From NCBI GenBank assembly GCA_964016885.1, contig OZ024740.1:333064001-333128000 (forward strand): DNA of 64,000 nt, read 5' to 3'. The number at the start of each line of letters is the position of its first letter. Positions within the stretch are counted from its first letter, which is position 1. This document shows positions 24,801 to 35,291 of the stretch, piece by piece. Position numbers and translations under genes: made by a program. Below the pieces are notes generated by a model. It had not been told where the DNA came from and searched no databases. It saw nothing but the letters and a program-made list of their open reading frames with translations. The DNA is from Eledone cirrhosa. Taxonomy: Eukaryota.

Positions 24801-25502
24801 CCCCATGTCAGATTCTTTCATTTTCATCCATTCGATCATAATTTCATCCTTCAAGTTGGCAAGTTCATTCTCATTCATTTCTTTATCATTTACGATCTCA
24901 TTATTTTCATTTGGAGTTTCATCCTGAGCATGCACTCCCTCCACTTTTTCGCTCCTTTCTTTAATTTGTTCTGTTGCCAGTGATTCCGCCCCAACTCTGG
25001 GATTCGAAGTGTTACAGTTTACCTCGTTTTCACTGACACATGCTTCATTTTCCCTTCGCTGACTTTGTGCTACTAGCTTGATCTGATCAATTTCTATATC
25101 AGTTAGTAACTTTTTTCTTACAATATTTCTTCGTATATTGGCTAGTTTGTTACTGTCAATATAGCCTCTGTTTTCGGGATGTTTCTTTTTCCAGTTGATA
25201 TATGTTTGCTCTGTATTCGATGTATTTGATGGGTAGTACATGGCAGTGTAGAAAGCCTCAAGGACTTCTTTATTATCTTCCCTTGACCATTTTTCTCTCT
25301 TTTTCTTTGGATTTCTTGGTGGTGAGCATGGAGGGCCAACAGTAGGAGTATTCCGGTTATGGGAGGTCTCCAGCTCCGAAGTGATGGGAAGGTTTGAACC
25401 ATTAGCTGATTTTTTGACCCCAGTCTGGTTCCTCTCTGAGCGACGCGGCCCTTTTTTACCCGGGTGACGGCCGATCCGGTATGAGATTTTATCATTAGAC
25501 AT
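21852..25502 (-). pseudogene. R4/Dong polyprotein (RT + CCHC + restriction-like endonuclease), ~1216 codons with one in-frame TAA
   Basis: ORFs 24384-25502 and 21852-24353 are in the same frame (RRF*KRSRFYKDNNMFK). Motifs: WKSPGKD, NYRPITCL, QKGC, IDYKKASD, GIFQGDSLSP, YMDD, CRVC..ETIDHIISMC, RPDII..DMSVP..K..KY.DL. Confidence 0.93.
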
Positions 25503-25539
25503 TTACTTTATTTTTTCGCGTTTTATCCTTATCCGCCAA

Positions 25540-25610
25540 GGAGTAATCATTTCGTGTTACCACTTCTAGAACGAGTGTCAACCAAGACTAGAGGGGTCGT
25601 TCTCCCCTAG
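25540..25610 (-). ncRNA. Candidate pseudoknotted 5' UTR RNA of the R4 element
   Basis: Minus strand GGGG-AGAACGA-CCCCTCTA-GTC-TTGGTT-GAC-AC-TCGTTCT-AGAA-GTG-GTAA-CAC: P1 AGAACGA/TCGTTCT, hairpin GTC/GAC and a GNRA hairpin. Confidence 0.45.
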
Positions 25611-26039
25611 AGACACGGCTATTCTCCGCCGGCCGCCATCCCGGTATTTCTTGGTCACGGGGTTTTCTTTTTGTTGTTTTTTTTTAAATTGTTATTATCA
25701 TGAGTGGTTCCTTAATGTGAGCATTGCGTGGCTTAAGAATGAAATTATTAATAATTGTCTCCACTCCAGGCACAAGGCCAGCAATCACCCAGTGCATTAC
25801 AATAATATAATATACTTTTTGTTGTAGTTGGCTGTTATTGTTGTTGGCTATGTCGGTGGTGGTGCCGGGGCTTTTTATATTGTTGGTGAGGAAGGGGTGA
25901 GCCAGCAGTCCCATATTTGTTGGTATTGTCGTTTGGCCTTGGCCAGGTCACTAAGTCAATCTATTTATATATTTTGCTAGCCTCTCCCTTGTCTAGTGAT
26001 ACCGCCACCTTCCCCTTCTCTCTCAAGTTAACAGGGGAA

Positions 26040-26275
26040 TAGTGGTGGTAGCATTGAAGGGGTGGTGGCGGCGGGGAGCTGTGGGAGACAGTAGCGGCGG
26101 TATCGATACTGAGACAGTGGTGGTGGTGATGTCGATACCGAGGCAGTGGTGGTGGTGACGTGATCGTATTACTGTAGTGATGGTGTTGTAGCGGTGGTAG
26201 CAATGAAGGAGTGGTGGCGGCGGTGATGGGATAGTGGTGGTAATGATGGCAGTAGTGAGTGGTGGTGGTGAAATT
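26040..26275. repeat. Degenerate (GGT/GGC)n low-complexity repeat
   Basis: Runs of ggtggt, gtggcg and gtggtg; gives spurious Pro/Thr/His-rich ORFs. Confidence 0.85.
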
Positions 26276-26399
26276 GCCGTTATCTGGCTGTTGTGTTTAG
26301 TGTACACAGAGAGGTGATGGGGTAGGTGTTGTATCTAGTTTCTGGTGTTGTTTGGCTGTTCTATATAGCGTAGACAGAGGAGGGGGGGGGGGGGGGTCT

Positions 26400-27450
26400 T
26401 CTTCCATTTATAGCCATTTTCTTTTTTGAATATACAATGTACAATACAAAGTTGAATATTTGAATATTTGAGCCTTATAACAATATATTTTGGGTCCGAG
26501 TCTCAGTCATTGATGTTATTTAACTGGAAATTTTGTTGAAATGAATATCAAGCCACTACCTGCAGCCTCAGATATTCATGACGTATCGGAGGGTTCTTGC
26601 TGTTCCCAGCAAGCATGCCTTTTGAAGCGTTCGAAAAAGCGTGAAGGGGCCGATTTTCTTTAACCATCTCTGGAAACTTTTGGAGATAGTCCCCAGTGCG
26701 CCTATGACAATCGGGATCACTTTGACTTCATGGCATTTCCAAATCCTTTTTACCTCCCACTTTAAGTCCTGGTATCGGTTAATTTTCTCCCTCTCCTTCT
26801 CTTGCACTCTCGTGTCGAATGGGCAGGCCACATCTACAATCAGACACGATCTTTTTTCTTTGTCCACAACCACCAGGTCAGGTCTATTGGGTTCCAGTTT
26901 CTTGTCCGTCTGTATCCTAAAATCCGAGAGCACCTTCACCTGATCGTTCTCCATCACCGCCTCTGGCTTATGCTTATACCATTTCTCAGAGTGTGGTAAA
27001 TTGTTTACTTTGCACAGGTGCCAGTGGATCACCCTGCCCATCACATCATGTCTCCAGCCCTTATAGTGGGTCTGGGCTAGGTGTTTACACTCGGATACAA
27101 TGTGAGCCACAGTCTCCTCTCTCTCTCCACAGATCCTGCACAGTGGGCAAGCCTTCTCCTTGTAAATATGGTGTTTCAACCACTTCGTTTTGAGGGCCTG
27201 CTCCTGCGCAGCCATTAACATTCCTTCTGTAGCCTTTTTGAGGTCTCCTCTTCTCAACCAGTTCCATGTCTGTGGATCTCTAAATTCAGTTTTCTCAAAG
27301 AAGGTACTATGAAGGGATTTTCCCATAAGGCTGCTCTTTCTCGTTGATGTTATTTCCTCCTTGGACATCCCCTGGCCTATTGTCCCCTCCTTCAGTACAG
27401 TTCTGTGCATTGGCTCCTTACTATCAGTCACGTATTTGTATATGTTGTTT
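26400..27450 (-). mobile_element. 5'-truncated R4/Dong family B copy (CCHC + RLE + 3' UTR)
   Basis: ORF 26568-27431 is open: CPLCRICGEREETVAHIVSEC, NRPDLVVVD, DVACPFD, EKINRYQDL, LQKACLLGTARTLR. High similarity to 19668-20470. Confidence 0.92.
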
Positions 27451-30400
27451 ATCTAGATAGAGTATTTTGTAGGGAAATAGATAGGTCTAGCATAGGCTGT
27501 CCCCAATTCAAGATAGTCAGTTAAACGGACCACACATTCGTGATCTGTGTGCTTGACTTAGATAGACTTCATAGACAAGGACCCGGTTACTGGAAGCTAA
27601 AAGCGTCCTTACCAGCGCGCAAGGCTACAGAGACAGGATTAGCAAACTAGTTAAGCGGGCGTTGACCGGGTCCATCGTCAACAACAAGTGTTGGTTTGCT
27701 CTGAAAAGAGCGATTAGAATTGAGTCCATTAGGTTTAGTAAGGCTTTAGCAATAGAGAAAAATAGAGCAGAGGGAGAACTAGTTAGAAAATTAGACGCGG
27801 CGCTTAGCAAAGGCATCGCGACCGACGTACTTGCGGCGAAATTGGCCCTTGACCAATTCTTCAATGCAAAGCACAAAGGCTGCATTGTCAGAGCTAGGGT
27901 GCGTGCTCTCAATGGGCCCGAGTGGCGGAGACGCGTTATGGCAACAAAGCCACGATCCGGTCTTTGGTGGACCACGACGGGCGCATGCTACTCGATCCCG
28001 GGCAAATGTGTGAAGCTTTTCAGCGACACTTCGCTCAGCTGTTTGGGGGCAGCCGCGGACCGGGCGAGGGATGGACTTTAGTGTCTACCTCGATGGACTG
28101 CCGCGGCTCTCGGCCACTGAGTTGGAGTGTTGTGAAAAGCCGATAACAGCCGCTGAAGTACGGGAGGCAATGACTGAATTCACAAGGGGTAAATCACCTG
28201 GTTTGGATGGTCAGCCCTATGAACTTTACGTACAGATGCCAGACTTGTTCGGAGTCCTCTTGGCGGACGTCTACTGCAACTAGCAACAGAACGGGAGAAT
28301 TCACAACTCTGTGAGCCGAGGAGCGGTGGCGCAGCTGAGAAAGGATCCGAACAAGGGAGATAACATTGATATTTTCAGACCAATTTTTGGCCAAGGTGCT
28401 AGCAAAGAGGTTGGGGCTTGTCGTTGGTGGTCTGGTAGGAGAGGCGCAGACATGCGCCATTCCCGAGAGATCCATCCATTACAACCTCCACCTCATTCGA
28501 TACATCGTGGATAGGGTAGCTAAGGAACCTGGCACGAGTGGGTCCTCGATCAATTTAGATCTGTCGAAATCTTTCGATAGGGTCGACCAACATTACCTAG
28601 CGGCAGTCCTTAGGCGGATGGCTTTGGGCCCGTCTTCAAAGGCTGGATCGCTGCCATGCACAGCGACATCTGCTCTGTGGTGAGAGTGAACGGTCACCTT
28701 TCGGAACCGTTCAACATCATGCGCTCGGTCCGCCAAGGATGTCCCCTCTCGTCCCTATTGTACGTATTAACTCTCGAGCCATTACTGCACGAACTGGAGA
28801 CGTTGAGGGGGGTCCCGCGCGAACTAGGATGCGGAAGATCCGTGTCAGCATATGCCGACGATGTCACCGTAGTGGTGTCGAAGGCCAAACACATCGAGGC
28901 GATCGGCACTTTACTAAGAGAATACGAAGCGGTGACAGGAGCAATGATCAACAAGGAAATGTCAGTGGTCCTGCAGCTCGGCACCTGGAGAGGCAGGTCT
29001 ATGCCGTCCAACAGCGTCGTCGGGCGCTGGACGGACGGACCGGTTAAATTGCTAGGGGTCTGGTTCGGTCCAGACCTCCAGACGGACAAAAACTGGGACG
29101 AGGTGACGAGCAGGGTGGCTTCTCTCACCCAGAAATGGGCCGAGAGGAAGCTATCCCTGAAAGGTCGAGCGGAGGTGGCGAATGCGTACATCGCGTCCGT
29201 CATCTACTACCGACTGACCGTCGTACCTTGTCCTAAGCCCCGCCTGACTGCGCTGGAGCGTTTGCTCTTTCGCGTTTTGTTGAAGGGACGCGCTCCGATG
29301 GTCAGGCGGTCCATCTGCTGTCAACACCCGCTACGTGGAGGGCTGGGCATGCCGTGGCTGATGATGCGCAAACACGCGCTCAGGCTACGACATCTCCACC
29401 TCTTCCTCCACGCTGATCAGGTGTGGTCGCCGTTTGCTAGACACGTTTTCTCCCAGCTCGTCTCCTTGACGGGGCTGCAGTCCTGGGTCAAGCGAAGACC
29501 GAGAGGGATCGCTTGGAGACTGGAATGTCTTCAGGCGCTCACAGCCCTCGACCAATCGGGCAATGTGATCGGTAGAAACTCCACCTTGGCGTTCTATTGG
29601 GGATTAGTGGAGGGGAAGAGCGACGACGTACTTGGAGAAACTCTAGGCGTCGACGAAAATCAACTAGCCAATCTCTTCGGAAGGACTTTCCGGCCGAGGC
29701 CGATAGACAACTTCGAGAAATCCCTGGCCTGGCAGTGCTACCGGGGAGCTTTGCCAGTTCGGGATAAACTCTACAGGCATGGAGGTGCCGTCAGCCGGGC
29801 ATGTTCGAGATGCGCGCAGGGCGACGAAACTGTCCTGCACGCACTCGTCCAGTGTCCGAGCATTGCTGACTTGTGGGTTTATGTCGAACACCTGCTGTCA
29901 TGTGTAGGACGGATCCAGCTATCAGCTGAGTCCATCGTGAGGATTGCCCCGCCCTCTTCCTTTAGCCGGGAAGGGCAGGCAGTTTTTATCTGCCTGGTGG
30001 CCATGGCGAAAGAGATAGTATGGTGGACACGTTTTAAAGGGCTGAAGATGAGCACTTACCTCGTCGGTGATGCCCTGATTAACTTTTTCAAATTTCATTT
30101 GAAAAGGAAAATCAGGGTAGAGAGGGAAGTGCTCTCTTCCCAGTATTTTGTTGAAAGATGGGTGAGAGAAGCAAGTATGGCCCGAATGAATGGGCCTTCT
30201 CTGAGTATGTGTCTGTAAATTAAGGGTGGAAAACTGGGAGAGGGCACTTGCCCTGGTGGTCAGGGTCACTGTGGTCTTTTAATGGGCTTTTTCCACAAAT
30301 GTCCCTCGGAAGTCTCCCCCCTATTGGGGAATTTTTCTTTGTTATTTTATTTCATCCTCTGTTTTTAACACGCAGAAATGCCCATTTGTCCCGTCCTGTA

Positions 30401-30459
30401 TTGTCCTGTACTGTCCTTAATATCTACTTTATGTAAACCCTTGTGGTTAATAAAGAAAA

Positions 30460-30460
<1 letters not shown>
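27450..30460 (+). mobile_element. 5'-truncated Tx1/L1-clade LINE (APE C-terminus, RT, CCHC), young and GC-rich
   Basis: YLDRVF...TDH, GPGYWKL, GKSPGLDG, DLSKSFDRV, VRQGCPLS, AYADD, KLLGVWFG, LSLKGRA, CSRCAQGDETVLHALVQC. ORF 28656-30218 is intact but there are upstream frameshifts. AATAAA at 30449 is followed by (TTA)n. Confidence 0.93.
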
Positions 30461-30514
<54 letters not shown>

Positions 30515-30516
30515 TA

Positions 30517-30702
30517 GGAGAGAGTATGAACCCGACGGCAGAGCTCAAGCCGTTTCTGGACTTTAGTCCAGAAATAGCCGTTGAAACGGCATGAGCTCTG
30601 CCGTCGGGGTCATATGTTCTCCTATTACCCACTCTACTTCCCCAAGTATTGAGTACTCTGGTGCGTTACGGTCCATCTGGCTCCTTTACCACAACTCCTT
30701 CG

Positions 30703-30705
<3 letters not shown>
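30517..30705 (+). repeat. Short repeat with ~42 bp-arm hairpin, inserted in (TA)n
   Basis: ggagagagtatgaacccgacggcagagctcaagccgtttc / gaaacggcatgagctctgccgtcggggtcatatgttctcc; homologous to 6512-6650. Confidence 0.75.
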
Positions 30706-30766
<61 letters not shown>

Positions 30767-30899
30767 CATATTTAATATTTCTTAAACTTAACAGGCATTT
30801 GCGTCGTTATATTTCGGCGTTCTGTTATACGTGCCACCAGAATAAATTAATTATACTGAAATAATGCCTCCAAATGTGTAATATAATGGTTTCTACATG

Positions 30900-31000
30900 T
30901 GGCACAAGACCACCAATTATTCCAGTGTATTACTGGTACTCTATTTTATAGACCCCGTAAGGATGAAAGGCAAAGTTAACCTCGGCGGGATTTGAACTCG
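30900..31000 (-). mobile_element. tRNA-derived SINE, 5'-truncated at the B box
   Basis: Reverse complement gagttcaaatcccgccgaggttaactttgcctttcatccttacggggtc...gtaccagtaat; same family as 32645, 43025, 44245 and 49975. Confidence 0.85.
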
Positions 31001-31190
31001 AAAATATGTTACTTAAAATATCTTCCTTGTTTTGAAATCTGAGAATCCGTGAACAAATACTAATTACTCTCTCTGAATATCATTATATTACAAAATCTGT
31101 AATATAATGATATTTAGAGACAGTAATTCATATTTTTTCACGGATTCTCAAAATTCAAGTGAAGGAAGATATTTTAAGTAACATATTTTC
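31000..31190. mobile_element. ~190 bp foldback (MITE-like palindrome)
   Basis: gaaaatatgttacttaaaatatcttcctt...atcattatattaca [aaatc] tgtaatataatgat...aaggaagatattttaagtaacatattttc; ~90 bp arms and a 5 nt loop. Confidence 0.8.
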
Positions 31191-32644
31191 ATTTAATTAT
31201 ATAAAGTTTCAGACGACTCAGTTGAATGGGGAAACCATAAAAATATAAGAATGGAACGAAATAGGCAGAATCGAAATAGCAAATAAGCAGAAGCGACATT
31301 ATTATAAAGGTAGAATCTGGAAGAAATAAAATGTTAACGTCTATAAAACCAAAACCGCCAGCGATAAAATGTTCGATATAATTATTACTGAAATAGACCA
31401 CGATGGAAATATTGTTTAATAATACAGCACGAATATCATGAATCTTATCTACTGCCGATATCTACTGCCGATATCTACTTAATCAATGAATGTAAATATA
31501 GTTCCAAATCATGCTGGTGGATATTATCAGAACAATATTTCACAGCATGCCAATGAAACATAATAAATAAGCAAATGATGTAGGAAACAACGTATTTAAT
31601 ATATTTGATTTTACATACGTTTTTAGTATTATGACATTAGAGATTATTATACTGAACGGTGTTGGAATATGCACGACTACAATATAAAATATGCTAGCGA
31701 TCATGTTTCATTTTATATTTGTTAAAATGTAAACATGTTCCCCCATTGAAGACATCTGACTTGCAATATCTATCGCTTTACTTTAATTGTTTCAACCAAA
31801 TGGATATGCAATTCTTTGTATATTCTCCTAAAGCGTATAACATGTGTTTAATCATATCCTTTAATATAATCAATTGAAACGAAACTTAATTTGATAGAAA
31901 TGAACGTTTACTCTTGCTCATTGTAAATTAGTACGAGTTTCTGCAAATACTAAGTAATAAAAAAGAATAATTGTATTTTGAAACGAGATGTAAAACTGAC
32001 CATTCCTTCTTGATTTTCCTCTCTATGGCCATCATTCACAGTGCAACCTGAATGAACTTCTTCCGCAAATATCGTATTCCATTCCACTATAAAATGTCGT
32101 TATTCAGGCAAGAATTTAGTAGAAACAAACATTAACAAACATTTATAATAGATTTCGCCGTTAGGGTAATTTAAATTGTCGGAGATGTTGGTTAGTGAAT
32201 TCATGTTAAGACGCGAAAAGAATATTTTAAAAAAAGCGAAAAGGAGAAATTATAGGAAAAATAGAAGAAACAAGTAAGCGAAAAGGAGAAATTATAGGAA
32301 AAATAGAAGAAACAAGTAATCCATAATAATCAAAACTTTAGCAAATGTCATTTAGCCTGCAGCAAGTAAACATTATCAAACAACCCTCCGGTTATAATGT
32401 TATACTGTCCCAATATAAAGAATGTTATTTAGATATCATCGAAAGAGTACATGTTGTATACTTTTATGAATGTTGAGGGCATTAATAATTCAACAGGTCA
32501 GATACTGAATTATGACAAATGTTTAGATTAAAATATTTAGCAGCCATGTATCAAAACATCTCATTCTTTTCATTTTGTATAATGCGCCAAGAGCAACGTG
32601 ACGATTTGAATTCAATCGAGGCACCATTATTTATTTCGATAAAT

Positions 32645-32906
32645 GGTGGATTGGCAGTATCGGTAGAGGGTCGGACGCCATGCTTTCCAGCATAGTTACG
32701 TCCTTTTACGATCTGAGTTCAAATCCCGCTGAGGTTGACTTTGCCTTTCATCCTTTCGGGTCGATAAAATAAAGTACCAGTAAGGAACTGGTTAATTGCT
32801 TGCCTTGTGCCTAACGTAGAAACAATTATTTATCGCGATAAAATAAAGTACCAGTAATACACTGGGTTAATTGCTGGCCTTGTGCCAAAAGTAGAAACAA
32901 TTATTT
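32645..32906 (+). mobile_element. Full-length tRNA-derived SINE with duplicated 3' end
   Basis: A box tggcagtatcgg, B box gagttcaaatcc, core gactttgcctttcatcctttcgggtcgataaaataaagtacc (Meta-SINE-like), tail ccttgtgcc...agaaacaattatt present twice. Confidence 0.88.
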
Positions 32907-35169
32907 ATCTCGAAGGAATTTAAGTAATATTATGTCAAATATTTGTTTACAATTATGATTTTAATTACTGGCTGGATTTTCCACGTTCTGATTATCAATA
33001 AAATCAAACATCACAAAACAATCTATATACGTTTAATTAAACAATTCATAAAATGACTAAGGATATCATTTTTTTAAAACCAAAACTTTGAAGCATACGT
33101 TGTATGGTTCTGGATTCAGTAGAGTTGTTGCTAATATAAGATAAATAGATTATTAAAGCTATAGAACGTGGTTTTGTGTGAAATAATTTATTTCACTCAT
33201 TTTACTTGACAATTCATATTTGATATACCCGAGGTTTCAGAAAGTATTTGGATTTCGTTGTTTGATATGTTTCTCTCATTGGTTGTCACAATGTTATCGC
33301 GGCCGTCACCAACATACATTCTTTTGAATATCAAATATCTTAAAAGGGTTAGTAATTGATTTGGATGGAGCTTTCATCGAGATTCCCTGTACATTTGTTG
33401 GACACATACATTATATTTAACGGAGGCGTACCGAACGTACAAGCTGACAGAAAGGAATTCAAATTTCTGATTAAATACAGTTTTATAAACCCTTTGAAAA
33501 GGTCCTTTTACATTGAAGTATAAACGATACAGATAACATATTTCGAGTGCATTTATGAAAAGGTGTGAAATATACAATTTAATTTGTGTATATTAATTCA
33601 TTTATATGTAACGAATATATTTTTATTAATGAGGTTATTAGAATTTCATTCCCAGGTAATCAATTTCAGATAATGTTTGTAATTTTTCACTGCATTTGAG
33701 AACTAATAGCTGAGACTTACAAAATTCATATTTTAGTTCTTTATCAAACATTTACGTGAAAGCTAGTTTATTCAATGAAATTACATTGATTAAATATTTT
33801 ATAGAAATGGCGATAAAGAATTCATTATTATAAATACTTATCTTACTGACAATTCTATTCTACGTGAAATTTTGTTTTGGAATGTATTTTTCTGACATTT
33901 TAACTGCAGGTATTTATTGATTTTTGTAAATTAACATTTTTTCTTCAATTCCTGCAATATTGTTCTTAATAACATTTCATTTCTTTACAGACGAAAACTG
34001 TGACTGTTTCAATTAAGAAATAATTGAAATATGTCATTTTCCAATTCATTTTAATGTATTTCAAATAGAAATAGAAAGAAACGTGAAATAAATCGCTATA
34101 TTTATGTGTCTTTATATAAATGATTTCCTGCTTTTCACATGTCTATTGAATGTTGCACTTTATTCAGGAAAGAACTATCATAACCATTTCAGTTATTATA
34201 TCGAAAATACGCTGCTTGACATAACCTGCGAATTCTTTTCTCAAATGGATTTGCTAATCATGTCAATAGCTATGTCATGAACTGAACTTGTTTTCAGTTA
34301 ATCGAGCAGACTAATCTTCTTGAATGTAATCTCTTGAACCTTAAATCTTTTTACTTTTATTCAAGATTTCTGCGTTTAAACAATGCTGTTTCTGGACTTT
34401 AATAGGTTTACTACGTGTGTAGATCTGGTTATATATTTTGTGACACGTACACTCCTTATGTTTTGAATAAGAAATTGGACATGTATAAATATATATATAT
34501 ATAAATATATGTATATATATTTGCATTTTACAAACATTACACAATGAAGTTAATTGTTTCGTTTAATATTTCCCATTAGATTAATTCTTATTGAATGTAT
34601 TTCTTGTCTCGATATTATTATTTTACCAACATAATGTCAGTAATGTGAAAGATTCAAATATTTCCAGCAAAATTGGTTTCAGTTTACAGAATGCAAACTA
34701 ATTTCTCAATTGTGTGAATCCCGAAAAATGTCCAACTGGTTTCAATATCATAGCTTTTGAATCTTCAGCTAATACACATAGGTAGCATGCAAATATTGCT
34801 AAAGAAAAAGTGATTTATTCATGAGACATTTAATGAATTCTATTATCAAGTATGTATCTGGTCGCATCAATATATTACTAAACAGAGGAAAATAAGCTAT
34901 AAGAATCATTACGCCAATTGAACCAGTGGTGAAGCAAAATCTACTTTCTAAATATATATATTACCATGAGTTTGTAAGTTTCTGATTATTAAAACCGAAC
35001 CGGAATACATCTTTCTAGAAACGGTCTATAAGCAATTCTCTTATTAATTAGAGGTAGATTATCATTTTTACAAGCCTAAAATGACTTTGCCTAAGGCACG
35101 TATAAGAGTAATTTATCTAAAGACGTCATTTGTTCTTCTGATGTCGTAATATGTCGTAATATGTTCGTG

Positions 35170-35252
35170 ATTGTATTCTATATATTCTATGTATTCTATC
35201 TTTACTAGTGTGTGTTTATATGTGTTTGTTGATATTGTGCTTGTGTATGTAT

Positions 35253-35291
<39 letters not shown>

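Larger units (their letters stand above)
21712..25670 (-). mobile_element. Near full-length R4/Dong-clade non-LTR retrotransposon (family A)
   Basis: 5' UTR ~25503-25670, a single long ORF, a 3' UTR and a (TAA)n tail. Confidence 0.93.

Noticed and set aside
22555-24983. Plus-strand ORFs overlapping the R4 element (and similar antisense ORFs over the Tx1, CR1 and PLE copies)
   Set aside because: Antisense shadows of retroelement coding sequence with no independent motifs.
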